Source of the DNA: Moniliella sp. 'wahieum'
Lineage: Eukaryota
Assembly: GCA_003971905.1 (NCBI GenBank)
Contig: RSEE01000070.1
Location: forward strand, 62,001 to 126,000
DNA: 64,000 nt
Direction of reading: 5' to 3'
Below the pieces are notes generated by a model, which was not told the DNA's origin, searched no databases, and was given only the letters and a program-made list of their open reading frames with translations. This document shows positions 36,628 through 50,300 of this stretch, one piece after another. The stretch's first letter is position 1; each line of letters starts with the position of its first letter. Both the position numbers and the translations under genes were made by a program.

Positions 36628-36667
36628 AACGTTTAACGTTTAACGTTCAACGTTCAACGTGTTCAAC
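36628..36667. repeat. 7-bp tandem array (AACGTTY)4+
   Basis: aacgttt aacgttt aacgttc aacgttc aacgt. Confidence 0.9.
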
Positions 36668-37204
36668 CGAGAGGATCGTCTCCACATCCTGATCGGAGCT
36701 GCTGGCTGCGCGCTGTAACATGTATAATCCCTACTGTGCCCTCCCTCCCTTGCCCCACCATCACCGACGGGAAAATACCAATCAGTGGGGGCTTACTCTA
36801 TTGTATGAGGCCGAGAGTAAGAGAGAGAGTGCCTGAGATTTGCAATTGCGGGTACTATTATAGGGTGTGCACGGATGTAGGACGGATCATCGATCAGGCA
36901 GCGCTCAAGACAATTAAAGTTGTTTCTCTCGACGGGTGTGCTGTAGGAGGTCGGCAGAGTTGAAGCGGAGTGTTCGTGTGGGCCTCTGCAGACGACAAGC
37001 TCGCCACTGTGAGTAGCCACAGACAGGCACCAGAGAGAGACCTAAGCGCCGAAGCGCCTAAGCTTAGCCGGCGGGGGCATTCCCATCGCACTGAGCATCC
37101 CCCACCGTTCAATACACATCCTCCATCTCCCCTTGTTTCTTCTCCTCTGCACCATCACCTCTCCTGCTATCACGTTCCTTCCTTTTTCCTGCCCGCCTTG
37201 AGCA

Positions 37205-38720
37205 ATGCCCGCTGCCTACCCGCCACCCGCCTCTTCCACCTATGCGTCGCGAGGCATTACACCGATGGGCCCGCTGCCCTCTGCTGCGCCCCGTCCTACG
37301 CCTACGTTGCGCTCCTCCCGCTCGCTCATCAACCTCATCCGCGCCGCATCCCATTCGCGTCGGTACCCACCCAGTCGGCCACCCAGTGCACCGGGCGATA
37401 GTAGACCAATGCCCACACCGTTGGCGGAACAGGATCCATGGCTGATGTTCGATAAAAATAAGCCCATGCCGCCGATCCCTCCTGCTTCGCTTTCCTCTGC
37501 TTGCGGTAGCGCGACCCCGACCCCGACCCCGGTCCCGACCCCGACCATTTCGCAGTCTAAGCTACCAAGAAAGAGGGGCGAGGTACTGAATCCATGGGAG
37601 ATGGGTGGCTCTCTACCCCACCACCCTCCTCGTTCTGCCCCCAAAGGGGAGACTAAGGGCGGGAGCAGTCTGCCATTTCCCATTTCTGTTCCCTCCTCTG
37701 CTCAAAGCGCTTTCCTACCAGAGAGTAGGAGGGACTTTTTGGCGCCTCCCAAGCCTTCGAAAACGGAGCGATGGGAGAAAGGGTGGAAAAATATGTGGGG
37801 TCGGATTCGGACGTTGTCTTCTTCAGGTGCGGGACGCAAGACCACTGCACCCCGCGACCTCCCCCCTTTGAAGACCTGGAAGAGCGGAGCACCTGCCACT
37901 ACTGAACCCTCGTCGACTGCGACCCTTCAATCGCCCGTGTCGCTCGAGCCAACAGTGTCGAATTCCAAGACGTTGGTAAGGACACCTTTGGCTACACCGC
38001 AAAAGTCCCCTGTGCCACCTCAACTCCAGATGCACAGCAAGAAAGAACCGGGGGAGGAGAACCGGTTAAGCGTGGCCACGGGATTTGTCCCAAGGAAGAC
38101 GGAAAGCTCTCTCCTTCATTGTCCCATACGAACAAAAAGGTGCAACCCAACAAGGAAGAGAAAGTGCCGCTCTCACCTCCATCTGCGTGGGACCTAAAGC
38201 ACCGCAAGAAAGTGCTCTTCCCATCTCCGTCCTCATCTGTGCGTGTAGGAACATCGGAGCAAAGTCCAAAGACGGTACGGAGTACCCAAAGTGACCCGGC
38301 CCTCCGGATCGCCTTCCTCTTTCCCCGGCTCGATGTACCGCCCATCCCCCGTCATGGAGCATCGAAAGCCAACTTCCCCATCCACCGCCACTGCTCACTC
38401 CCAGCCCCAACCCGCCCCAGTCCCAGCCTCAGTCCAGCCTCAGTCTCAATCGCGCTCGAACTGTCACAACCGCACAGGTACTGGGTCTGGCAGCAGCAGC
38501 AGCGCTGCTAATTCCTTTGACTTTACCCTTCAAACGCCGACTGGTAACGCCTCCCCCCAACATGCCCCTGCCTCCGCTGCCTCCGCGGTCATCGCATTCC
38601 TCTGCCCGATCGTCCATCTTGCACTGTACAATGGAGTGCGAGACACCCGAGGGAGAAGCAGAGACGGTGCTGTCGCCTCCGCGGGAAAAGAATTGTTGGC
38701 GGACAACAACGGTCCGATGA
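37205..38720 (+). CDS. Hypothetical Pro/Ser-rich disordered protein
   Basis: 330-aa ORF from ATG 37205 after a CT-rich leader, continuing through overlapping frames to ~38720; contains a DKNKPMPPIPP proline motif; no family recognised. Confidence 0.6.
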
Positions 38721-39270
38721 GGCACTGGCCGTCTCCCCCTCGCTCTCGACAAGCGTTGCTACCACTGCCTCCTTGTCCACCCTCCCTTCGGTCACAGAGG
38801 GGACCAGGTTGGTGCAGGCCTTGGCGCTGGAGCCGGTCGCGCACGACCGGTTCCGTGTTGTTGTGGACTGACTGGCCCCTGGCCCCACAAGGGGGGAAGG
38901 TGGTGGTGGTGGTTGGTGGTATCGATCGGGGGGAAGAGAAGGGCGCGTGGGGTTTTCATCGAATCATAGCATTCTGCAACCTGTCGTTTTCTTGTTTGTT
39001 TTGTACATCTTTCTGGTTTCTCGTTACTGCCTCTGTGCTCGGCGCGCTTCATATGGTTTGGCATGTCAATTATGCTATGCTTCTTTGCTTCCATAAGAGG
39101 CCCTAGCCAGGGAGGAGAGGCTGTGTGGAAGCCGGTAATATAGACCCAAAGAAGAGGCGCTGTGAAGCCACCAAAGGGCAGCCGGGACAAGAGGAGAGTG
39201 AGGAAAAGAGTCCAATGCGATAAAATATGGCAAGGTCCAAAACGTAATGACAACTAGCAACAAGCGTCGG

Positions 39271-40218
39271 TCAATCCGATGCTGTTTCCGTGGTGCGCGG
39301 AGTACGCGGATTGCGTTGGTTGGTGGAAGGTGGAGGTGGAGAAGGAGGGAGGTGGGGAAGAGGGTGGGATTTCTGGTGCCGTCGTAAATTGCTCTGCACC
39401 GAGAAGGAGCGTCGACACCCATCCACCTCGCACACGTACGGCTTCTCCCCCGTATGGACGTGGTGGTGGATGCGAAGCGAAGAAGGACGAGTGAACCGTT
39501 GCCACACCAGGCACATTCATGCTTGCCCGGCGAGAGCGAGAGGGGGGTGAGAAGAAGGCGCATCCAGCCTTCCTCCAACGACTTGTGACGCCCATGCCCA
39601 AGAACGCGGATGGGCTCAGAACTGGGACTAGGGCGATGGGATGTAAAGCCGGTGGGATCGGGGTAGGCGTAAGGAAGTTGATACGCCGGAGGAGGGGGGT
39701 ACACTCCGACCGACTTGCGCGGCGGGTAGGGGGCGTAATACGGTCCCGGGCGCCGACGCAACCAACTGGGTTCCGCCTGGTTGAGAGAAAGGGAACGTGA
39801 TGTGGCGGCCGGGAGAGATGCGGGGGCGAGGTGGTGGTGGAAACAGACGCAAGAAGATCCAATCCACATTGAGCGTTGGGCGGGGCGGGGACGGGACGGG
39901 GACGGGGACGCGTATCCGACGGCGGGGTGCTCCAGGCACCGCCGCCGCCACTGGAGGGGGGAAGACAAAGTCGGGGCGGTGCCTGCCGCGGGCAGAGGGC
40001 GTGTTGGATGCGAGTGCGAGGTGGGCTTGGCAGATGGAGGGAGGCGGGGGGGCTGGGGAGCAGCTGCGGTGGCGGGCACGCGCAGGAGGCGGAGGAAGCG
40101 GGGCAACGAGTGGGGCCCAGCAGGGGCTTGGGGGCGGGGGCAGGAGGGAGGCAATGGGCGGAAGCACCACTGGAGTAGGGGGGGGGCGGCAGGAGGCGCT
40201 GTCCTGGAGGTCGGGCAT
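39271..40218 (-). CDS. C2H2 zinc-finger transcription factor (MtfA/Nrg1-like, two fingers)
   Basis: KHECAWCG, then after a frameshift RFTRPSSLRIHHHVHTGEKPYVCEVDGCRRSFSVQSNLRRHQKSH; N-terminal VVLPPIASLL motif. Confidence 0.88.
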
Positions 40219-40858
40219 GGTGGGGGAGGTGGTGGAAGAAGAAGAGGAGAGCGCCGGTGTTCGCTGCGCGCGTGGGCATCAGTGGTCATCGAGGTCATCG
40301 ATCATCCCCGTGTCGCTCTGGACGGGCAGAGACACAGAACCGACTGGGACCCCACGGGGACACTGCGCGTGAGATCGGCGATGATCGATGATCGATGGCA
40401 GAGGGCGTGGAGGCGCCTGGTGGCCACGCCGCCCTTGCCTCGCTGCCAGCCAGGGAAGGCACCAGAGCGGTGTCGCGCAGCGCTGCCACACTGCACCCTG
40501 TCCCACATGTCCCACCGGGCAGGGCGCGAGAGCGTGCACGACATGTGGCTGCCAGGCACAGCGCCGCAGCGCAGCAGCCCAGCATCATCGGTGATCGATG
40601 ATCGGCCGCCCACCAGGTCACGAGGGTGGGCTTGAGGCCTTTGGTTGGCCTTTGGCCTAAGAGTGCTAAGCTTAGCCTTAATAGGCAGTTCAGGGGGATT
40701 GGATATTGGATGGTGAACGATGATCGATGATCAGCGATCAGCCCATCGTTCTGACCACCCCATTCCGGGGGGTTGGCTGACACGTTGACGGGGCCGGGGG
40801 ATCCGCGGTAGCCCTTCGATCTTAGACCTAACCGCAGGCCCGACAGGGCCGAGCAGGG

Positions 40859-40890
40859 CCACGCTCCACGCTCCACGCTCCACGCTCCAC
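40859..40890. repeat. 7-bp tandem array (CCACGCT)4
   Basis: ccacgct x4 followed by ccac. Confidence 0.9.
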
Positions 40891-41700
40891 TCCAAGGGCG
40901 ACTTGGGGGTGGTGAGATCATGGAGATCGCGCTTTCGCATCTAACAGATCTCACATCGCGGGCCAAGCGCTAAGCCGCTAAGCCCTAAGCAAAGCCACTA
41001 GCCACCAGTCAACATAGTCAGCCTCAGCTGCTCGCTCGGATCGTCGGCAAGAGAGACAAAAGCGGCTGTCCCACACATACGTAGGAGCCGCTATGTAAGA
41101 CTGAAGCTTGAAGGTTAGGGTTTTGAAGCTCAAAGGCCACTGCAAGAAGCAACTAGCACCAAGTTCTGGGGGTTTTTCCATATTCCTGCACCCTCCCCCC
41201 AAATGTTGAGCTGACGTGGTGAGCGCTATACTCAGGTGCTCGCTCAGGCGCTCAAGATTCAAGCCCAGGAGAGATCGGCCGACGAGTTATCACAGTCAGC
41301 TATGGCTGCAGGCTATCGCTGAAGTTACTGATCTAGACTCGTCGATATCATCCTTCTCCTTCTCCCTCTCTCTCGTTTCTCCCCCCTGTACAGTGTTCTT
41401 CTGTTCTGATCCAACTAAACCTACCTTGTACCTTTTTCTCCGTCCACCTCCCACTGGACGCCCTCAGCGCCCGATCACAAGCAGAATCCAACCGTGGTCT
41501 AGCGTTTCAGACAGGCCCAAAAGAGAGGTGGGATAGGACAGGATCTTTCGGATAGAGATCGGATGGGTGCGTTGGGATAGGGATAGTGATAGGGAAGAGG
41601 GGGCGAGGAACGGGGGGGGGGACTACACAGGACAAGCAGAGGGCAAAAGCAACAAGAAAAACGAGGCCGCCTACGGGCAGGCCGCCAAGCAAAAAAATCG

Positions 41701-44700
41701 TTAGCTGCTTCGATCCAAAGCCATCAAGACCTGTGTGTCCTTGGCTGTGAGCTGGGCCGGGTCGGAGCGCAAGGTAGCCTGCTGGGTGCGCACGAGGCTG
41801 GTAGGCGACGGCGGGCGAGGGGGCGGGTTCATGGCCTGTGCCTCTCCAAGCGAGATGGTACGTGCCTGGTAAGACGATACGACGGGAGCGGCCGCGTCGC
41901 GCGCAATGGACGCTTTCATCAGCACCGACATCCAGTCCCGTACGACCGCAGGCTGGTCCGAGCTAAAGTAATGCACCACTTTTTCCCCCGCTGCCGCGCT
42001 GGCCGCCGAAGCACCGTGTTTGCCAAACGTAGATGGATCGTGGATGATTTTGAACGCGTATTTGCCCGGGTGGATCGTTTCGTCCGAAAGCACACGCGCG
42101 CCCTTGACGGGGATGTAGCCTTTGATCTTGGTCGCGTCGGGGTCGCGAAGGATACCAGATCCGACCCTTTGACCGCCAAGTAGCGCGGGTGCCACACCGA
42201 GTACCGCTCGCCCTTCTTCTTGATCCATCCTTCGTGGTCCACGGGCCGGATGCGGGCCATAACGCTATTGGCGCTGCGGGAGGCGGGACGCCGCCCCCGA
42301 CCACCTGGTTCTGCAGCGACGCACGCGCCGGCGCAGCCTGCAGCGTAGGCGGCTGCACCGGAGGTGCCGCCGCAGCGGGGGGCGGCATCGGCGACGGAGA
42401 GGGCGAGGTAGCAAAGGCGTTGGACGACAGGACGTTGGTTGGTCCTGAGATTTGAGATTTGAGGTCGGGTTTGGGCTCGGTGGGCGACTGGGACGAGCCA
42501 GAGCCCAAGCGCTTGGACATGAAGCGCGACAAGGACTTGTCCCCCCGTCCGGGCCCACGCAAACCAAGAGCGATGAAGCTGTCCGGTCGTCCCGTCGGTT
42601 GGACGGGCGCCCCGGCGACGCGGCCGACGACAGAGGCGCCACTGGGGCCGGGAGCGAGGGGGCACTGGTATCGCTCGTGCCTGTCGTGCACTAGGACCAC
42701 GTTCATGCGCATTCGACGCAGCCGCTTCTCTGCCTGGGCCTCCTTTCGCGCCCAGTCAGGCAGATCGGAAGGCAACTCGGTCGAGGGCGAGTGCTTGTGG
42801 GTAGGACGAGACGCAGCCCCTACGCCAGCGCCCACCGCAGCAGCAGTAGCTACCCCTGCTGCCACGGCGGCTCCGCCCGCCGATCCCGCGGCGGACGCAG
42901 CAGGGCTGGCCGTCTCGCTTGTCCCCGGACAGGAGCCGAGGCGGGGATTGAGGTACTCGCGTACGGATTGGGCAACGCAACCGACGTGTCCGGCTGGGCA
43001 GGGCAGACTGAGGAACGGCAAGAGCCGAAGGTGCAGTGGAGGAAGGGGTGCCCCATTCGTACGGGTTGGGAAGCAGGTCCGAAGGTTTGGAGGCCAAGCC
43101 TACACTGCCCACCGTCGGAGGACCCGAGCGCTGCGAGCCGGGCGAAGTGGGGGTTTGCGACGCATAGCCTCCCGGCCCGGGCGGAGGGGCGTTTGGATCG
43201 CGCTGGCCCGAGACCCGGCCTGGCTGTACTGCTCAATGGGAGGCGCCGCACCCCACGACGGCACGACCGGGGTCGGTGCTGCATAGCCGACGGGACCTGG
43301 GGAAGTGATGCGGGCCACCGGGTTGGCCGCTGGGGCTGGCTCAGTCGCGGGGAAGCAGACACCATTCGTCGCCTGAATGGATGGAGCTGGTGGGCCGGCC
43401 CACGTTGGCGGGGCTCGAACCGCGTGCGAGGTTTCCCGGGCCTGAATACCCCATTGGCTCCCGGCGTACCCGCCGTAGGGGGAGGTGGCTGGCATGGCTA
43501 CCCGCAGCAACGCTGCCCGCCGCTCGGCTGTCTCGCCTGCGGCTTGGCGCCGCAGGTCCGAATGGCCACGGCGATCTGTGACGCGCACCAAAGGCGGGTG
43601 ATACCAAGTTCTTTGAGAATGTTGATGTCCAAGTCCAGCAGCACGTCGCCCGAGATTTCTTGTTCGGCAAACTTGGACACCACCGTCGCCGTCCCATCCC
43701 TTGGATCGGGCCCACTGGCACACTTGAGCCACTGACCACTCGACCGGGTCGCCACCAGGGACCATGCTACCTGCTGTGGTCGCCGGGGTGCCTGAGCGCG
43801 ACAGCGAGCCCATCGGTGCATACCCAGGGGTCATGGCCGAGTTGGACGCAGGCGAGGTCGGCACCCCAGCGCCAAACATACCGTCCGGAACTTCCCGATC
43901 TTGCACGGATGACGCAACGGAGGCCGTGCGCAACGAGGCCGAATTACGAGAGGATACCGACTGAGGGAACCCCTGAGCTCCCGTCGCAGCAGGCGGCGGA
44001 GGGACAGCACGAGAGGCGGCGGGCCACGACTCGTATGGGGCCTGTCCAGCTGCCTGGCCAGCCTCTTGGGAACCGGGCACGAGACCCGTCCCGTTCGCCG
44101 TTAATCCCAGTCCACGTCCGGCCACGTTGGCTTGTTGGGCGGAGGAGTCCGCCGCAAAGCCTGCGTGGTTGGTGGGGTGCGGGTCCGGAGAGGTGAATTG
44201 GGCAGCAGCTTGCGCCCCAGGAAGAGCTGGGTTGGAAAAGAGGGGAGGGGTGGGAGGAGGGTAAGTGACCGGTTGTGGCTGGGGCACGCCGTACGAGGGG
44301 TTGCTCAGGTTGTTGATCGCAGCAAAGCCGGCGTGAGGGTTTTCAGAATCGAGGTCCGACTCGTCTGACAACTCCAACTCATCCAACGTGGACGACAGGC
44401 GAGAGGGCGGACCATCGAGGCCCATGGTGCGGCGGTGGGCGGATCGGGCAAGGCGTTCCTGCTCTTCCCGCTGCTGTTGCAAGATGGCCATCGCAGTGCG
44501 GCGCTCATCGTCAGCGCGCTTTTGTTCTTGGGCAGACTGCCGGTTGCGCTTCGCGTTCGCTGCCAGAGCAAGCCGAGCGGCGGCTGCGCCACCCATCGCA
44601 CCATGACCAAATTCGCTCTCATCATCCGTACCGGAACCGGCCGTAGAAGCAGTCATCTGCCGCGTGACCTGGGCAGGCTCAACGTGAGGAGGAGCAACCC

Positions 44701-45442
44701 CGGCCGCTTCGCTGGAAGCAGACGCGGGCGGGAGGGCACCCACACCGGGGGCACCCCTCTCATGCGAGACGGAAATGTGGTTGATGGCCGCGTCAATGTC
44801 AGCCATCGTGCCGGATGCACCGAGCTCAGCAGAGGAGCGTGGAGGCGCAGCGGATTGAGGATGAGAGGGAAGGGGAGAGGAAGGCGGGGGAAGCGAGGTA
44901 TCTGGCATCAAGCCCGAGCTCGGGCTTGCTTCTTCGGGAATGGATGGAGGGACCGAGTGCGGCAGCGACGGCTCGGCTGGTGCTTCCTTCGGGAGCAGGG
45001 AGGCTTCACGCAAATCACCCGATTCCGAGGTGGAGATGGGCGGCAAGACGGGCGGCTGCGGGCTGACGGGAGCGGGGTCGACCGAGACAGCCGGCACGGA
45101 GTGGACAAAAGCGCCCGGGGGCAGCGGGTCCGAGGTCGAGGCGGCGGCAACGGCTTCGGGAGCGGGCGCGGCAGCAGGGGCAGGAGCAGCGGCGGCATCG
45201 GCAGCGGCAGCAGCAGCCGTGGACTCTACAGCGGTGATGTTCTGAAGGGCGGCGGCGCGGTCGTAGGTGGTGAAGGAGACGGGGAAGAGGCCCGAGACGC
45301 CGTGGGGGTTGGTGCCCTGCCACCAGCCGTCGCCGTACTGCTCGTCCTTCTCCAGCACGTGGATGGCGTCGCCGGCGCGGAAGGCGACCTCGTCGGGGTT
45401 CTCGGGCTCAAAGTCGTGCAGCGCATACACCACATCGGCCAT
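41701..45442 (-). CDS. Polarity protein of the Boi1/Boi2/Pob1 type (SH3-SAM-PH)
   Basis: SH3 MADVVYALHDFEPENPDEVAFRAGD..GDGWWQG..GLFP; SAM WSVAQVCQWA..KFAEQEISGDVLLDLDINILKELGI; PH DHEGWIKKKGERYSVWHPRY..IKGYI..GKYAFKIIH..VRDWMSVLMKASI..NPPPRPPSP. Confidence 0.92.
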
Positions 45443-46201
45443 GGCGGGGGGGGCACGCTGGAAAGGCGGGAGGTGGGGGGGACGCAAGCCGCGTCCTGCC
45501 TGGCGCCATGCATCCATCCATGGGCGATGGGCGCGCGCTGGCTGCACGGGGACAGACAGGCCTGGCGCCAGTGTCCGCCCCACCTCCCGCCGCCACGCAG
45601 GGCGCCGCTGTGCGCCGCTGTGCGCCCCTGCCCCGATCGCATCCGTGCTAGGGTTGCCGCGCGGTGCTCGCGCAGCGCACTGGGCCTGTGCGCTGTGGCT
45701 GTGACATGTGATCGGTGACCGGGTGGCCATACTCCCCAATGCGATGCGCATCCATCCATGCATTCCATCTAGCAATCGTCCGACAGAGGCGGCTCGCCAT
45801 CGCTCCTAGCGCTTCGGCCACAAGCCAAGCGCAAACAGTGCAAGGGGGCTGGATTGGATTAGGCAGCGCAAGCCGCACGCAACCCCCAACGTAAAAGATG
45901 GGAAACGAAGAGAAGGCGTCCCGCCGGATGATGATCGCCAACAGAGTAAAGAGGACAGCGGGGCAGCGAGAAGCGGGGGGAGGGTGGGGAGGGGAGGGGG
46001 AGATAGGACAGGGAAACGAGAGAATAAGTCGAAATGTGCGAGGGGTATCAGAGCGCTGCCGATCAAGCCAAGAGCTAAGAAGGGCGCAGAACGCCGTGCG
46101 TGCCGAGGGCGAAATGGGAGATGGAAATGCGAGGGGGCGGAGACATGGGGCCGAACCGACAAAGAGGAATAAGGGCGAGGCAGGGTAAAACCATCAGATC
46201 C

Positions 46202-47385
46202 TCAGAGCAAGCCCACTTCGCGCAGGTTGGTCCTCGTGATGATCCCGCACAGCTTGCAACACAAATTTGATCTGGTTCGTGTCTGTAGCGCAGGTCAAGT
46301 AGGGGTAGATCACACGGCTCTGGTCCCGCGAGAGAGAGATAAACTTGTGGGTCAAAAAGTCGGCTGCATGCTTGAACTCTTCATCGGGCTGCGCCGCTGC
46401 GTTCGGCGACGGCGTATAGTCCTCAAAGTAGACTTCCAGTGGCGAGATAGGCAGCTTGACCCGGAAAATGTCCGCCTTGTTCATAAACAGCAACAGCGAC
46501 GAGTGGGAGAACCAGCGCGAGTTGCAGATCGAGTCAAACAACGTCAATGCCTCTTGCATCCGGTTGACCCGTGCATCCTCATAGAGCGCTTGGTCGTACT
46601 CGGACAAGGCGGCCAAGAACAGGAGACCAGTCACTGCTTCAAAGCAATGGATCCATTTTCGCCTTTCCGAGCGCTGACCACCCACATCAAACATGCGGTA
46701 CACTGTGCCATCCTCCATGACAAACGTCTCCTCAATGATACCCGTCGTCTTGACACGTGTCCGCAGCACGTCCTGGTCTGTCGGTAGGTACGCCGACGAA
46801 CTAATCCGCTCCATCGCATCAAAGTAATACGCAGCCGAGTCGTTCAGCTGGAATTCACGCGAGCGAGAAAAGGCGTGTTGGATGCCTGCATCGCCCACAG
46901 TGTGTTGATGGCGTTAACCAAGACTGGGGGGAATTGGGGAGATTCGACTTGGTCTGAAACCTGGTCGATCAGCTCGGCCGCCTTGATGGCGTCTTCCGTT
47001 GCAATGGGGATATCGAGTACCGACATGGCGTCCACAAGCACCTTCATGCTCTGGACAACGTTGCTAAAGATGACTTCCTTGAACGACTCGCGTTCACGTT
47101 GTGTGTACGGGCCGCGGTGAATGAGTTTCATCTGCTTGACAATGGTCGACTTGCCACTCTCCCCACTACCGAGGAGAAGGATCTTGACCGAACGGCGTTC
47201 AGCCAAACGGTCCTTTTTGAGTTGGGCTTCGATGGCATCGTTACGTGCTTGCGCCACAGCCGCTTCGGGGTCGGATTTGGACTGGGAAGGCGGTAGAGCG
47301 GGGGACAGGAGCATGGTCAGCACAGAGAACAAAGGAAAGCGCGTATTGGCACGACGAAAGAGGGACATACCGATACACAACCCAT
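46202..47385 (-). CDS. Heterotrimeric G-protein alpha subunit (Gi-like, fungal group I)
   Basis: MGCVS, intron 47370-47282, SKSD; LLLGSGESGKST, DVLRTRVKTTG, DVGGQRSERRKW, FMNKAD, TCATDT; frameshift-corrected C-terminus IITRTNLREVGLL*. Confidence 0.96.
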
Positions 47386-50300
47386 AGTCGGTAGTCCAGC
47401 CGAACAGAGGGTCAGGGGCGCGCAACCAGATGAGGAGGGTTAGAGGGCAGGGGAGTTGACGCGAGGGGCGGGAGAAGAAAGCGGAAGTGGCGGTGACAGT
47501 GACAGTCGTAGGGGCAGGGATGGATGGAGACAGGTGCGGTGTGCCGGTATGCCGGTAAGCAGCAAGACGGGGGGGGCGGGAAAAAGGAAGCGGAATAGGC
47601 AGACGTGCCGGTGTGGTAGGACAGAGACAGACAGCAGCTGGGCCGAAGCAAGGGCCAAGACGCAGAGGCGGAGCGCAGGCGGGCTGGGCTGGGCTGGGCT
47701 GGGATGGGGATGAGCTGGGTTCTGTGGGTTCTGCTGGGATGCACGTGTGGGCGCCACTTGGTGCGTGAGATCTGAGATGGCACAGGTGGGGCGTCACACG
47801 TCACACGTCGTCACCACGAGTCACGCAACGCCACTGGTGACTGGCTGGCACGCAGTGGGGGGGTGGGTTCGGAGACTCCCCAATGCAGTCTAGATTAAAA
47901 AAAGAGTGCGCAAAGAAGGCGCGGCAAGAGGGCAGCAGACGGAGCGGGAGGCAGCGCAGAGCCTGGCTGAGCCGCTCCGAAAGGACTGCTTGGCGCTAGC
48001 TACGCAACTAGTAACTAGTGACTACCAACTGCCAACTAGTAACAACCATGCATCGCCGTCACGCATCACAGGCAAAAAAGCAGAGGGCCACCGCGGAGAC
48101 GGGCTGGGTGGCTGGCAGCAGGGGGTGTCGGGGACGGTGTGCCGGAAAGGGAAGGCACTAACATGTAACAAGGCACTGGGAACGCCCAGGAGCTCTAGCA
48201 TCATGCATCATGCATGGCATCTGATGGTTGATGCATGATGCATGCCTGAAAAAGCTAAGCGCTACACGCTGCGGGGCGGGGCCTGGGGGCAGCAGTGGGG
48301 CAGCACCAGCAGCACCAGTGCAGTGGCCTGCAGCGCCCTACAGCCCTTTACGGCCTTAGTAATGCCTGCGTCATGCACCACGCGTCATAGCAGCTCACCG
48401 GTCACTGCATCGAATCAGGCCCATCACGTCAATCACATGTCACGCGTCACCTGTCACATGTCATACATGTCATACATCACGCATCGGCCAAAAGAACCCA
48501 AAAAGAGCAGGCGGGCGCATGATGGTGCAGGACACTGGCCTACACTTGCGGAGTGTCCGGCATTACGCGCTACGCGTTGGTGTGCGGGTGGGGCTTGCAT
48601 CTTGGAGCTTGGCAGCTGTGCAGCGCATTGCTCGTTGCCTGGGCCGCCAGGTGATGTGGCGGATGGCAGGGTCCAACGTACGTTTAACTTGAACGTTCAG
48701 TTGGTAATCCCCGGGGGCGGGCCGTGGCATTGCTCCTTCCCCCCCCTGTTGATATACCGGCCAGCGAGAGAGGCTTCGGCAGATCTTAGCCCATCGGCTG
48801 CGCCCTGCTTTATCCTGCCAGCCACCGAGGGCTCTGCGGCGGACGGGCCGAACGGCGAGAAAGAGTAGCACGGGTCCAATGCCAACGCCTGATGCTCTTC
48901 GATGGCCAATGCGCAGGGGTGAGAATACGGCAGGGGGCGGCAGAGTGCAGCGGGTGGCATGTGGGCGGCACGGGTGATGTATGATGCATGATGCGCGTGA
49001 TGGCCGCCACAGACAGAAGTGCAACGTGCGTAGTTTGAAATTGGAGCGCCCCCGCGATGCTCCAGCCTGCCTCGACCCGGCTGTGCTCCACGCACCCCTC
49101 TCAGATCTCACGTGGCTGGGGGCAAATTTGGAGGGCGGTGCTGGGCGGCGGTCGAGCCCAGTATAGATAGCTAGTAGAGCTTGCAAGTAGGCGGTCCTCG
49201 TTCCACGCATGATCAGGATCCCGAGTAGTGAACCGGAAAACGTTAACCACGTTAACCGCGCGTTAACCCCGAGAGCTCTCTCTGAGGATCTGACTCAGCG
49301 CTCGGCCTGGCTCCGCCTGAGGCACTCAGCTCAGCTAGGCGGGTTTACACTGCCCCTGTGCTGACGCTCAGATCCCAGGTGGTGTTGCAGCCTCCCACCT
49401 GCAGGTACGTAGAGCCGGTCTCACATGCCACGTGCCACAGAAGGCCACAGCCAACTCAGCTGGAACATAGATGAGCTATTCCGAGCGTTTACGTCAGCGC
49501 TAAGCTGTGGCAATTGATTCATGCCACCGAGTAGGGCGGAGTTGCACCGAGGAATGTAAGGCTGCACATTGTAAACTGTAAACGTTAAACGTCCAACCAA
49601 AGCATTCTTCAAGAGCCCAACAATAAGATAGCTAGCTAATCGATTATCAGCTCTTAGGATGTTTCATCGATGCTTCCCCGCATTAGAGTGATTGCCACAG
49701 CATCAAAAGTCGGTGGCCATCACTTCAATTGGCAGGGAGTACTGGGAATTGAGAAGTAGGTCAATTAATACGTGATGTTCCCCCACGCGATATCGCCTGC
49801 GAAAATGCACCAACACTCTAGGCCACACAATCTCCGCTGTGGAAGAAAACAGACAGAAGCACAGCACTTGCGGTTGGAGAGCTTTTTTCCTGCATTGTTT
49901 GCAACGAAAACGCACCCCATTTTTGTGAGTAAGTGCATGGGGAAGCTGTGCATACAGGCCAAAAAAGTGTTGAAAAACGCACTGTTAGTCGATAGTCTCC
50001 GATGCTCTTGCATGGCCAACATACCACATTGAGGTTAAACGTTAATGTGTCTTCTCGTATATGTGAAAGGGTGTGCACCGTGGACTCGTCACTGCAACAC
50101 TCCGGGCAATTGTGTTGTCGTGAGTATAGCCAGAGACGATAATGATGAGCAGAAAGAAAGTATTGAATGGAACGAAGAGAGCAATAAGCAATGGTGCTCG
50201 CGATACAGGACGGAGAGGCCAGGCAGAGGGGGCGCGCTTTGAGTCAACCTGGGCGAGCTGTCTATCTCTACGATCCGCCACATTGTAAGTTGTGTGGCTC

